Shown one piece after another: positions 1-9,541 of a DNA stretch of 62,841 nucleotides. Every line of letters begins with the position of its first letter. Position 1 is the first letter of the stretch. The notes beneath the pieces are model-generated. The model made no database searches and was not told the DNA's origin. It saw only the letters and a list, made by a program, of their open reading frames with translations. The DNA comes from an uncultured archaeon. Its GTDB lineage: Archaea > Asgardarchaeota > Thorarchaeia > Thorarchaeales > Thorarchaeaceae. Made by a program: the position numbers and the translations under genes. The stretch is from positions 1 to 62,841 of the forward strand of contig CAZSWP010000021.1 in the NCBI GenBank assembly GCA_964610875.1, written 5' to 3'.

Positions 1-1
1 A

Positions 2-736
2 TTTGATGCAAGTTTCACTATGACAATTGAAGCAATCCCTGTGTTAATTCTATTTGGAATAGTCGCTGGTTTAATCTCAATTGTATTCAGTGTCGTACTA
101 ATGGCGACAAGAAATTTCTTCACAATTAAGTTGCCTGATTGGATGGACCCAATTGCTGGATCTGCTATGGCCTGTGTTGTTATCTTCCTAGTATCATTAA
201 TGGCTGCTCCACCTTTGACAGTAGCAGGATGGGGCTATGATGTGATCAATGCATTGGCAGAAGCTCAGTATCCTCTGCTTATTCTTGGAATACTTCTTGT
301 CGGGAAACTATTTGCTTCTTCATTTGTTGTAGCCGGTAGAGTTTCTGGTGGTGTTCTTGCATCTTCTCTCTTTATCGGTGCTACTTTAGGTGCTATCTTT
401 GGTGAGATTTTTTATCCTGAAGCTATTGCAGCTTTCATTGTGCTTGGTATGGGTGCAGTGCTAGCTGCTACCACGAATACTCCTGTAGCTACAAGCATCA
501 TGATGCTTGAGATGAGTGTTGCTTTTGATCTTGTGATTCCATTAGTTCTTTGTGTAGTCATATCATATCTTGTAAGTGGTGGAACATCACTATATGAAGG
601 TCAAAAGATAAGTCGTGTTGATGAGGGTAATGACTTTTACAGTTTGGTAAACATAATTCCAGAGAAATCTCTTTACATTGACTCAGATGCCACGAATAGT
701 AATCTTGAGATCGATGAAGATATTGTAGACGAATAA
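2..736 (+). CDS. ClC-family chloride channel / H+/Cl- antiporter, C-terminal part (5'-truncated by the window)
   Basis: Frame is open from the window start. Multi-TM with ClC-like motifs GWGYDVI, GRVSGGVLASSLFIGATLG, GMGAVLAATTNTP, MMLEMS and SLY. Confidence 0.85.
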   Translation, partial: FDASFTMTIEAIPVLILFGIVAGLISIVFSVVLMATRNFFTIKLPDWMDPIAGSAMACVVIFLVSLMAAPPLTVAGWGYDVINALAEAQYPLLILGILLVGKLFASSFVVAGRVSGGVLASSLFIGATLGAIFGEIFYPEAIAAFIVLGMGAVLAATTNTPVATSIMMLEMSVAFDLVIPLVLCVVISYLVSGGTSLYEGQKISRVDEGNDFYSLVNIIPEKSLYIDSDATNSNLEIDEDIVDE

Positions 737-829
737 AACCCAGAGCAGTGATAATTAGATTACCCCTGAAAGAAGGTTTTTTTGTTTCTAGGTTATGGTT
801 GTGATGCCGCTTTACTAGAGGTTTCTACG

Positions 830-3490
830 ATGAGGAAAGAACTCCTATGCACGCTTCTTGTATTTGTTCTTGCATTTACTCCACTTACTATCTTTGATAT
901 GAAGGTGAAATTTACACCTCATCAAATCCCAAATGGAATTGACCTATCAGAAATACCTGATGAATTTGGTGAAGTTCTTCCAATTATTGCTAAAATCCCA
1001 TCTTTGATTGATAGCACACTCTTAGACACCTTGAATGACTTGGATATCACATTTACTTTGGGTTCTCCAAAGTTTAGTCACGTGAATGAATACTACTTGA
1101 TTGAAGGCACTGCTGATGCTCTAAATAGACTCTTTGAAACAACCGAAATTGAATTCATTGGATTTCAGACTGCTACTGCTAATTTACATTCTACAAGGGA
1201 TGTATCAATTCCTGAAATTAATGCGTCACTAGTTTGGAATGCACTTGATGATTTTGATAGAAATGTTACTGGGGAAGGTATTCTAATTGCAGACCTTGAT
1301 TCTGGAATTGATTGGAATCATCCGGAGTTCTGGTATGCGCACGGTGAAACTTATGATTGGTTTGAAAACTCAGTTGATGGAATCCCTACAAATGGTTCGG
1401 ACTTCATCGACCTTGATAGAAACTCTACATCATCTCCAGATAAGATACTCTACTATCTTGATGAGAATCATAATGGACAATTTGATACTGATGTTGATTG
1501 GATATGGGTTGACAGTAAAGTACAAGATGGTATCCCGAACATTGGAGAACCGTTCTTTGTAGTTAAAGATACAAATCAGAACATGCTCCTAGATGTGGAT
1601 GAGAAATTAGTGATGTTGAACGAATCAAAGACACGATATATCGTAGAAGGTGACGGAACAGCACCACCTAGCAATGTACGATGTTGGGAACGTGGTGTGA
1701 ATCTTACACAAACAACCCATGAGGATACTGATGGACATGGCACAGCCGTAGCAGGAATTCTGCTTGGAGGTCAGGTTGGTTATAGAAAATATGTTGGTGT
1801 TGCACCTGATGCTGAACTCATGATGATTAAAGTTCTTGGCAACACAAATGAAGCATTGACCATTGAAGCAGGACTCACCTATGCATTCACGCATGATGCA
1901 GATGTCATTTTAATTGAGGTTGGTTCTTGGGTATATCAATACTTGGATGGCAGCTCTGAAGCTGAGCATATACTCATAGATACTATTGTGGAATCTGGAG
2001 TTCCCGTAATTGTTCCAAGTGGCAACCTTGGTGGTAAGGAAAAACACGCTCTTTTCAATGTGATTGAGAATACTCATTATGCAGTTGATTTCCATGTTCC
2101 AGTAATGGATTCATCTGCTGATGAAGTTTACATTACTCTTCTATCGGTCAATAACACTGATTTCTCACTCTGCGACTTCAGTCTAACAATGAATTTTCTA
2201 GCTTGGGGAGGGCCTTCACAATTTGTCATCAGCCTATCCCCTGGTAATGGATATCTCTCATTTGGTAGTGCTTCCACAACTTCCTTCGGACCTAACACTT
2301 TGCGAGTCGAGTCCTTCATTTCCACATCACCTAGAGGAACGAAAATGCTTGGGATTTGGATCTATACAACAAGCGGTTCCATTCCAACTACATCATCGCC
2401 CAATGGCCCCCCATATCACAAGCTGAATGTCACTTGTCCTCTTGATACTACATTCCATGCTTACATAGCTGATGATAAGACATCATGGTCTGGGGGTGCA
2501 GTATGGACTACAGATGTATCAAATGCATATCAGATAACTTGGCCCTCTACTGCAGATTCTGCACTCAGTGTTGCAAGCTATCGTACAAGGGCTTTAGTGG
2601 GTGCAACTACGGTTGGTGAAATTGCTTCATTTTCATCCCGTGGTCCACGAATTGACGGGATCCAAAAACAGGGGATTGCAGCTCCTGGTGGATATGACAT
2701 AATTACGACGTTCGCCAATGACTCTAACTGGTATTCGTGGTACAATGGTTATGGTGCATTACCATACGAGGATTCTTTTGGATCTTATCAGCTATTTAGT
2801 GGAACAAGTGCATCTGGACCCCATGTAGCCGGAACGGCAGCGTTGATGCTGCAAGCCAATTCCTCTTGCGGTGCTGAGATTGCCAACATAATCAAAGAAA
2901 ATGCTAGGACTGATTCATATACAGGAAACGTTCCCAATAATGAATGGGGACATGGGAAACTAAATTCCTTTCATTCGGTTCTGGCTGTATATCCGATACC
3001 AGATGTAGAAGCACCATCAATAGGAATACCTGTCTTAACTCCTTCTGAACCAACTTCATTTGATTTTCCCACAATTAATGTGACAGTAACTGATGATTAT
3101 GGAATTAGTTTGGTGCTCTTGGAATTCTTCAACGGGACTCATATATTGAATAATACAATGCAGAATACAAATGGTATATACACATCCAGTCTTCCTCAAA
3201 TCATTTCTGGAACGAATGTTACCTATAGAATTCTTGCAAACGATACTAGTGGTAATTGGGCTTATTCTCCCATCTACTTCTTTGTTGTTGAATCTGATGA
3301 TACAACAACTACGACCTCATCTACAGATACTACAACCAATGATAATACTACAGGTACTTCTACTGATGACACCACAACAATATCTCAAGAGCATCCTGAT
3401 TCACCAGACTATCTTCGTTTGGCAATCTCATTTGGCATAATTTGTGCTTTGGTGATATTATCCTTCTTTGTGTCTAGAAGAAGGTCATAA
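830..3490 (+). CDS. Secreted, C-terminally membrane-anchored S8 subtilase with split catalytic domain (Csp-like)
   Basis: GAGGT SD before ATG 830; signal peptide; triad ADLDSG / HGTAVAG / GTSASGPHVAG; oxyanion SGN; Ig-like domain, Thr-rich linker, TM and SRRRS tail. Confidence 0.92.
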   Translation: MRKELLCTLLVFVLAFTPLTIFDMKVKFTPHQIPNGIDLSEIPDEFGEVLPIIAKIPSLIDSTLLDTLNDLDITFTLGSPKFSHVNEYYLIEGTADALNRLFETTEIEFIGFQTATANLHSTRDVSIPEINASLVWNALDDFDRNVTGEGILIADLDSGIDWNHPEFWYAHGETYDWFENSVDGIPTNGSDFIDLDRNSTSSPDKILYYLDENHNGQFDTDVDWIWVDSKVQDGIPNIGEPFFVVKDTNQNMLLDVDEKLVMLNESKTRYIVEGDGTAPPSNVRCWERGVNLTQTTHEDTDGHGTAVAGILLGGQVGYRKYVGVAPDAELMMIKVLGNTNEALTIEAGLTYAFTHDADVILIEVGSWVYQYLDGSSEAEHILIDTIVESGVPVIVPSGNLGGKEKHALFNVIENTHYAVDFHVPVMDSSADEVYITLLSVNNTDFSLCDFSLTMNFLAWGGPSQFVISLSPGNGYLSFGSASTTSFGPNTLRVESFISTSPRGTKMLGIWIYTTSGSIPTTSSPNGPPYHKLNVTCPLDTTFHAYIADDKTSWSGGAVWTTDVSNAYQITWPSTADSALSVASYRTRALVGATTVGEIASFSSRGPRIDGIQKQGIAAPGGYDIITTFANDSNWYSWYNGYGALPYEDSFGSYQLFSGTSASGPHVAGTAALMLQANSSCGAEIANIIKENARTDSYTGNVPNNEWGHGKLNSFHSVLAVYPIPDVEAPSIGIPVLTPSEPTSFDFPTINVTVTDDYGISLVLLEFFNGTHILNNTMQNTNGIYTSSLPQIISGTNVTYRILANDTSGNWAYSPIYFFVVESDDTTTTTSSTDTTTNDNTTGTSTDDTTTISQEHPDSPDYLRLAISFGIICALVILSFFVSRRRS

Positions 3491-3562
3491 ACCAGCTAGA
3501 TTGGCTTATATGACAACGTTTTTCCTCATGAATTGATGATAATAGTGTGAAGGTAGTATAAC

Positions 3563-3904
3563 ATGAAACAACTGACAAGTTTCGAATTATCATTTAGACA
3601 AGACAGGAAAGAACGTAACATGCCTGTCCAGGTTTTCTTGGATAACGAACATACAGTTGTAGTACTTGATTGCGAATGCTGTCCTGATGCAATTTCAAAC
3701 AAACTCCCTGGTGGAGTCATGATTTCCATCGCAGCAACACTGAGAGATTTCTTTGCGAATAGAGGAATGAAGAATATTAGTGTACAAATGGCAGGTCATG
3801 AAATGTGGCGTACCTATTCGGGCAATTTAAGCAATGACGAAGTAGAAATCATGAGAAGTGCTTTATCTACAAATATCTCGCAATTTCTTAAGAAACGAAA
3901 ATAA
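3563..3904 (+). CDS. Hypothetical protein with CxCC motif
   Basis: 113-aa ORF filling the gap between genes and followed by a hairpin; no recognised family. Confidence 0.7.
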   Translation: MKQLTSFELSFRQDRKERNMPVQVFLDNEHTVVVLDCECCPDAISNKLPGGVMISIAATLRDFFANRGMKNISVQMAGHEMWRTYSGNLSNDEVEIMRSALSTNISQFLKKRK

Positions 3905-3907
3905 AGT

Positions 3908-3940
3908 GAAAAATGGGTGGGAGTTTACCCCACCTCTTTG
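3908..3940. terminator. Hairpin between convergent genes (possible bidirectional terminator)
   Basis: GGTGGG 3916-3921 / CCCACC 3929-3934, A-tract on the left and CTCTTT on the right. Confidence 0.5.
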
Positions 3941-3943
3941 GAA

Positions 3944-5029
3944 CTATTGATGTTCGTCGTAGAACTCTTTCATAAACTCAGCCAGTTTCTTGACACCTTC
4001 AAGTGGCATTGCATTGTAGATTGATGCACGCATGCCTCCGACTGATCTGTGTCCTTTGAGACCAACAAGACCTCTCTTTGTACCTTCTTCAACACATTTC
4101 TGTTCAATTTCTTCACTGGCCATGGTAAATGTCACATTCATCAACGAACGGGAATCTTTCCTAGCATGTCCTTTGTAGAATCCATCAGAAGCATCAATCA
4201 CATCATATAGCAATCTAGCTTTCTCACGATTGAGTTTCTCCATTTCTGAAACTCCACCAAGTTCTTTCAAGCATTCCATTGCCAATTTACACATATAGAC
4301 TGCAAAGACGGGTGGTGTGTTAAACATTGAACCTTTGTTTGCCTGAGTGCTCCACTTGTGTAGTGCAGGACTGTTTTCTGGTACACGTTTTAGGAGGTCT
4401 TCTCTAATGATAACTAGAGTTGTTCCTGCTGGTCCTAGATTTTTCTGAGCACCTCCATATATGACACCATAATCTTTGACATCTCTCACTGCATCCATTA
4501 GATTTGAAGACATATCAGCAACAAGAGGTACATCTTCTGGTACTTTGGGCATGTAATGCCACTCAGTTCCATAGAGTGTATTGTTGGTGGTGATGTGGGC
4601 ATATGCAGCATTCTCACCAAATTCTACATCTCTAGGAATATAGGAGAATTTTTCATCTTCAGAAGAAGCAATGACTTTTACATCTCCATAGAATTTCGCT
4701 TCTTTGATAGCTTTCGTTGACCAACCTCCGGTATTCACATATTCCATTGGTTTGCCTTTGATTTGGAGATTGTGCGGCACCATCCAGAATTGAGTTGATG
4801 CTCCACCTTGAAGCCATAGGATAACGTAATCGCTAGGAATGTCCATTAGCTCTCTAACTAAATCGGTGGCTTGATTGATTTCTGCATCCCATTCTTTTGA
4901 TCGATGAGAAATTTCCATCACTGACATTCCAGTTCCACGGAAATCCAAAAGACTCTCCTGTGCTTTCTTTAAGGCAGACAGTGGGAGAGTAGCTGGACCC
5001 GGATAGAAGTTGTATACTCTCTTCGTCAT
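3944..5029 (-). CDS. serC: Phosphoserine aminotransferase (bacterial-type SerC)
   Basis: YNFYPGPATLP, MSVMEISHRS, LQGGAS, DMSS, GAQKNLGPAG (PLP lysine), NTPP, GLKGHRSVGGMRASIYNA. Confidence 0.96.
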   Translation of the reverse strand: MTKRVYNFYPGPATLPLSALKKAQESLLDFRGTGMSVMEISHRSKEWDAEINQATDLVRELMDIPSDYVILWLQGGASTQFWMVPHNLQIKGKPMEYVNTGGWSTKAIKEAKFYGDVKVIASSEDEKFSYIPRDVEFGENAAYAHITTNNTLYGTEWHYMPKVPEDVPLVADMSSNLMDAVRDVKDYGVIYGGAQKNLGPAGTTLVIIREDLLKRVPENSPALHKWSTQANKGSMFNTPPVFAVYMCKLAMECLKELGGVSEMEKLNREKARLLYDVIDASDGFYKGHARKDSRSLMNVTFTMASEEIEQKCVEEGTKRGLVGLKGHRSVGGMRASIYNAMPLEGVKKLAEFMKEFYDEHQ

Positions 5030-5136
5030 TTTATGCATCATCCAATTTTTTGAGGAAAACTGCTGTAGACTTTATTGTCGACGAGAAGCTCGCATTCATT
5101 CCCTAGTATTAAGGACATCGATGAGTGAAATTATTA

Positions 5137-5186
5137 GAAAAAAAAGAGTTGGAATCGGACTGAATTCAATCAATCCGAAGTTCTAA
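5137..5186 (-). terminator. Hairpin plus U-tract after the DUF1015 gene
   Basis: TCGGA 5155-5159 / TCCGA 5174-5178, followed on the minus strand by T8 (A-tract 5138-5145). Confidence 0.5.
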
Positions 5187-5188
5187 TA

Positions 5189-6520
5189 CTAATCTAGTTT
5201 GTTTATTGTAAATCCGGTCCATACTTTAGGTTGGAAGAAGGTACTCTTTTGTGGCATGCACTCAAAGTTCTTTGAAACCGCCTCTACTTCTTCAACCTTT
5301 GTTGGGTTCATTAAGAATACAGCTTGTGCGTCATCTTTGACTGATTGGATTGCTTCTTCAACCGCATCTCCAATGCCCTTTAGATAGACAACAAATCCGC
5401 CGCCCGTCATCGTCCCCTGTTGTAATTTTTCTTTATCGATACCTAGCATTTTGTCCAGAATAAGTGAATGAAGTATTGTCACATCCAACTGTTTCAGTTC
5501 ATCGGATTTGTCTGGTAGGAGTTCATTCATGACCCTTCTATCTTTGAGAGTGAGGGTATAGAAGTGCCCGTCATCCATAAAGAGACCGAAGGAATGTTTA
5601 CCTTCTTTGAATTCCTCATCCATCAATGAGAACATAGGTTCCTTTTCATCAAAAACAGATACTTCAAAGTATTCCTTCAGCTTCTTCAATACCGCGTCTT
5701 TGTCAAACTCTTCAAGATTTTGAATTAATCGATGAGTTGGCAAAACTACCAAACCCGGATTTGATACATTCACAAATGTTAGCATTCTGTATTTTGCTGA
5801 ATCCAAGTCGGGGTTTTCCTTAGATAATTGAAGAGCTGTCTTATAGCGATGATGTCCATCTGCGATAATTACATACTTATTCTTCATCAATTGGGAAATC
5901 TCTGATGTTTGTTTTTCATCATCAATCTTCCATATTCTATGCCTGACGTCTTCATAGTCTGTAATATCAATAACAGGATTGTCGTTCATGGCTTCTTCTA
6001 AGACCTTATCTACTCCACCTTCATGGTCTGGATAGATTACGAAAATCTGACCGAAGTTTGCCATTGCCTCTCTACAAAGGCTAAGCCGGTCGATAATATC
6101 TTTTGGCAACGTTTCTTCATGTTGTAGTACTCCTGCAAACTCTCCGTCTTTTGGAGCTTCAGTAGCAAACTCCTCCAATTCAATTAGTCCAATGAATCCA
6201 AACCTGAAGAGTTTCTTACCATGAACCTCGAAATTCTGTCCATAAACGTAAAAGGATTCCTTTTCGTCTTGTTTTAGTATATCCCTTTTGATCCATTCAT
6301 GTAGAAGGTCTCTTGCCCTTGTGTACTGATTGTCATTTTCAGTATCAGTGTTTCTTGGTTTATTCTTAATTATCCAAGCTATGTTATAATCAGACATTGA
6401 TTGAATCTTGTCAACTTTTTCTCCCTTGATAATGTCATAAGGAGGTGCAAACACCTTGGAGAGATCTTTAATTTTATCTGGATTATACCTGTACGCCTTG
6501 AATGGGACAACCTTAACCAT
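5189..6520 (-). CDS. DUF1015-family protein (ParB/Srx-like nucleotide-binding fold)
   Basis: PFKAYRY, APPYDII, HEETL, IADGHHRYKTA, LPTHRL, MPQKSTFFQPK; GGAGAT SD before ATG 6520. Confidence 0.9.
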   Translation of the reverse strand: MVKVVPFKAYRYNPDKIKDLSKVFAPPYDIIKGEKVDKIQSMSDYNIAWIIKNKPRNTDTENDNQYTRARDLLHEWIKRDILKQDEKESFYVYGQNFEVHGKKLFRFGFIGLIELEEFATEAPKDGEFAGVLQHEETLPKDIIDRLSLCREAMANFGQIFVIYPDHEGGVDKVLEEAMNDNPVIDITDYEDVRHRIWKIDDEKQTSEISQLMKNKYVIIADGHHRYKTALQLSKENPDLDSAKYRMLTFVNVSNPGLVVLPTHRLIQNLEEFDKDAVLKKLKEYFEVSVFDEKEPMFSLMDEEFKEGKHSFGLFMDDGHFYTLTLKDRRVMNELLPDKSDELKQLDVTILHSLILDKMLGIDKEKLQQGTMTGGGFVVYLKGIGDAVEEAIQSVKDDAQAVFLMNPTKVEEVEAVSKNFECMPQKSTFFQPKVWTGFTINKLD

Positions 6521-6938
6521 AGCAATAATCTCCATCATATGTTAATAGAATCTGACCGGTCGCGTGTGAAGTTGAATCATAAATCTTTCCTTACGAAATA
6601 TTGTTTTTCATATTCCATATTTTTCATCAGCTCGCATTACTATCAAAGAAATAGAATGGATTTATGAAGATGCAAAGAACATTTTAGTTGGAATATATAC
6701 ACAGTAATGCTCTCACTGCGGAGCTGTTCTTGGTATAAGGACTATGCGAGTATACTCTTTATGAAGTGATACAAAACAATATCATCTTTACAACAACTCA
6801 AGAAATGTTATATTTGTTAGTTGAGGATAGACTTTATTATCAAAGACGTAAAAAATCTTAGTTTAAATGGCGCAAACGTCACACTTAAATTCAAATCTGA
6901 TAGGCTGCCGAGAGCCATTACACTTTGAGGGTACCAAT

Positions 6939-7196
6939 ATGGAATTCTGTGAAAAATGTGGCGCATTAATGCTTCCTGTGAAGAAAGATGACAAGCGTAT
7001 TTTGAAATGTAGAGAATGTGGTCATGAGAAAGAAGTTAAGAAGGAGAGCTACAAGGTAGAATTCCGCGTGAAACATTCTCCTCGTGAAAAAATAGTTGTC
7101 GTTGAAGATGAGGAAAGAAGACAGTCTGAAATGTCTGAAGATGAACGCAGAGAGCGCCGTAAAGAGATTCTTGAATACTATGAATCCGAGGATTGA
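6939..7196 (+). CDS. TFS/RpoM (RPB9/A12/C11)-like protein with the N-terminal Zn ribbon only
   Basis: [13 protein letters not shown]...LKCRECGHE; no C-terminal Zn ribbon, charged helical tail instead. Confidence 0.85.
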   Translation: MEFCEKCGALMLPVKKDDKRILKCRECGHEKEVKKESYKVEFRVKHSPREKIVVVEDEERRQSEMSEDERRERRKEILEYYESED

Positions 7197-7338
7197 TAAT
7201 CATAAAATCACTGCGAAAAAGCTTTAAGACCAAGGAATGAAGATATTATCTAGTGACGCTGATGGAATCTAGACGTCGCTCTGAATTCTATTCAAGCTTT
7301 GTGTAGTGATGATACTAGAGTCAACTGGAGGTATAGCT

Positions 7339-8196
7339 GTGAACCTTCTATATGATACAAAAAATTACATTCTGAGAAATGGAAATATTGCTGAAAAACT
7401 AAGAATCACGAATGCTGGATTTGATGTCCCTTCTGACACCATCGAGTCTTGGATTAAGGAACTCGAAAGCTTAGTCAACAATGATGGAGGGGTACCTTTT
7501 GATTTTCAAAAAGGGAATCCAAGTTCTGTAAAGGTTACAGCAGAGGTTTTGCCACTCATTTTGAAGTTCGAAGATCAACATTCTGATTTGGTAAAAGGAA
7601 TGATTCAATTTCTTGTTTCAAGACAGAAGAACGATGGCGGGTTTGCCGAAACTCTAAATCTTGATGCTTTGATCGAAGACAAATACGGTTCTACATGGGG
7701 GCGAGATTGGTATCCTGTGGGTAAGAGCATTACATGGTTGACAGGAAAAGCTTTGGAAGCTTTATGTCTTGCAGGATATGAAAACACAGAACGACTACGA
7801 AGAGCTCGTGACTTTCTTATGTACTCTCAAAACGAAGATGGTCATTGGCCCGATTATATAGAAAGGGACGAATCCGATCCGCTTGGTACAGGAAACATTC
7901 TTCCTGCGTTAAGAGAAGTTGATGTGCCTGTTGATAACAAGGTCTATGAGGACGCAAGGGCGGCACTTCTGCATCATCTTGCGTCAGCCGTAGAAAACAA
8001 ATCCGTTTCTGACATGGTTGACTTGACAGCTGTTGGCCCACCTAAGAATGACAAGGAGCGAGAGGTTCTCAGAAAAGGCATGGACCTCATCTCCAAGACA
8101 CAGAATGAAGATGGTGGTTGGTCATTGATGGGTTCAAAGAAGAGCGACCCTGAACTTAGCTCTCTTCTTGCTTATGTTGCCAATAAATGCTGTTGA
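7339..8196 (+). CDS. Prenyltransferase/squalene-cyclase repeat (alpha/alpha barrel) protein
   Basis: QW-type repeats RQKNDGGF, SQNEDGHW, TQNEDGGW; GGAGGT SD before GTG 7339. Confidence 0.8.
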   Translation: MNLLYDTKNYILRNGNIAEKLRITNAGFDVPSDTIESWIKELESLVNNDGGVPFDFQKGNPSSVKVTAEVLPLILKFEDQHSDLVKGMIQFLVSRQKNDGGFAETLNLDALIEDKYGSTWGRDWYPVGKSITWLTGKALEALCLAGYENTERLRRARDFLMYSQNEDGHWPDYIERDESDPLGTGNILPALREVDVPVDNKVYEDARAALLHHLASAVENKSVSDMVDLTAVGPPKNDKEREVLRKGMDLISKTQNEDGGWSLMGSKKSDPELSSLLAYVANKCC

Positions 8197-8214
8197 AGTG
8201 AAAGAGGTATCCAA

Positions 8215-8715
8215 TTGGACAAAGAATTAGCCATCCTTGAACAAGATGGACTATTCGCTGTAGGAGTCTTTACAACTGCAGGTCTCTATGCTACATGTCT
8301 GCCAAGGAAAAATAGAGAAGAAGCCATTGATACTGTGGATGGAAAAGAACTGCTGATCAATAATACACCACCGCGTCTATCTATTTTACGGCTGGTCCAT
8401 GACATAAACAATGGAATGAAAGTGAATTTGAATCATATCAATTTTGATTTTTCAGGACTCTCCGAGAATCATGTGAAAGTACTCAATGTGACATTGAAAA
8501 TTTCGTATGGCACCACTATGCCATATGGCGAAGTTGCAGAGCTTGCAGGTCTACATAGAGCTGCAAGGTTCGTAGGAAATGTCATGAGTAACAATAGATT
8601 TTGTCCAGTTGTTCCCTGTCATAGAGTAGTAGGTAGTACATCTTTAGGTGGATATGGTGGAAGATTGGATATTAAAAAGCGTCTATTAAAAGCAGAACGT
8701 GCATATGCGGATTGA
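8215..8715 (+). CDS. ogt: Methylated-DNA--protein-cysteine methyltransferase (MGMT)
   Basis: YGEVAELAG, AARFVGNVM, active-site PCHRVV, LGGYGG. Confidence 0.93.
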   Translation: MDKELAILEQDGLFAVGVFTTAGLYATCLPRKNREEAIDTVDGKELLINNTPPRLSILRLVHDINNGMKVNLNHINFDFSGLSENHVKVLNVTLKISYGTTMPYGEVAELAGLHRAARFVGNVMSNNRFCPVVPCHRVVGSTSLGGYGGRLDIKKRLLKAERAYAD

Positions 8716-8786
8716 ATTATCATACCCTTTTTATTCACTAATACCGTTTATGCAAGTGGGACCTAACGCGATGGGAGTGTGCCTCC

Positions 8787-9254
8787 TTGAACTTAAAAGT
8801 GAGAAGAAACGACGATATTGTTGAATTGAGGAAAGTGGAATTGGAACCAGTGAGTCCGCCTCTTTTCCGGACCATGATTGGTTATAATTCTTTGAAACGT
8901 TTAGGATATTCAATTTCCTTCATTCGCCCGAAAAAAAGCGTAAGTGGAGATTTTGAGAGAATTCGGTACAATTTCATGGAACGAGGTTCTATGACACGTC
9001 AACTCGAGGATGAGCTTGAACCGGACATGAAGAGGGGCATTCTCAATCAACTACCACGTGGTAATTTCAGTATAGTTCTTCTACTCACACAAATTCCAAG
9101 GCGTGGTGTGAATATTAGGCTTGATAAATTTGAGTATGAGTTCTTGGGTTGTATCTTGATGCGAAATGAAGAAATGCTTGATGTTGTTATGAATACAACT
9201 CCAACACGGGATATCCTCATGCCTGCTTATGAAAAAGCGGAACAGGTAACTTAA
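8787..9254 (+). CDS. Hypothetical protein
   Basis: 155-aa ORF in gene-dense context with a TTG start; no family recognised. Confidence 0.6.
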   Translation: MNLKVRRNDDIVELRKVELEPVSPPLFRTMIGYNSLKRLGYSISFIRPKKSVSGDFERIRYNFMERGSMTRQLEDELEPDMKRGILNQLPRGNFSIVLLLTQIPRRGVNIRLDKFEYEFLGCILMRNEEMLDVVMNTTPTRDILMPAYEKAEQVT

Positions 9255-9266
9255 CCTGCTTAGTAA

Positions 9267-9422
9267 TTAGAGTTGTCTGGTAAATGGTGTAGTTTTGGAT
9301 TCAATCTCTTCAAGTTCTTGTTTCTTTTGTTTTGTTCTATATGCTTGAAGACCTGCTCTTCCAAGCAGAAGAAGAAGTGGCACAACCCACCAAATGATTA
9401 TCATAGTCATGTCGAATTGCAT
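9267..9422 (-). CDS. Small single-TM protein (51 aa), not in the ORF track
   Basis: Manual translation MQFDMTMIIIWWVVPLLLLLGRAGLQAYRTKQKKQELEEIESKTTPFTRQL*: TM followed by a basic/charged tail, fitting the intergenic gap. Confidence 0.65.
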   Translation of the reverse strand: MQFDMTMIIIWWVVPLLLLLGRAGLQAYRTKQKKQELEEIESKTTPFTRQL

Positions 9423-9541
9423 TGTCGTATTCTCTCGGCTTTTTTCGTATTTGAAATTAATTAAGGCTGATGTACTGTGCAGATTTTAAGTCGATTTTTT
9501 TAATGGGATATCCTCTTATCATCATATGCGAGGAGAAGATT

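Noticed and set aside
3295-3380. ACN-rich repeats
   Set aside because: They encode an ordinary Thr-rich linker before the TM anchor and are not a DNA repeat element.
9273-9464. Plus-strand 63-aa ORF
   Set aside because: It is the antisense shadow of the more protein-like minus-strand TM microprotein at 9267-9422.
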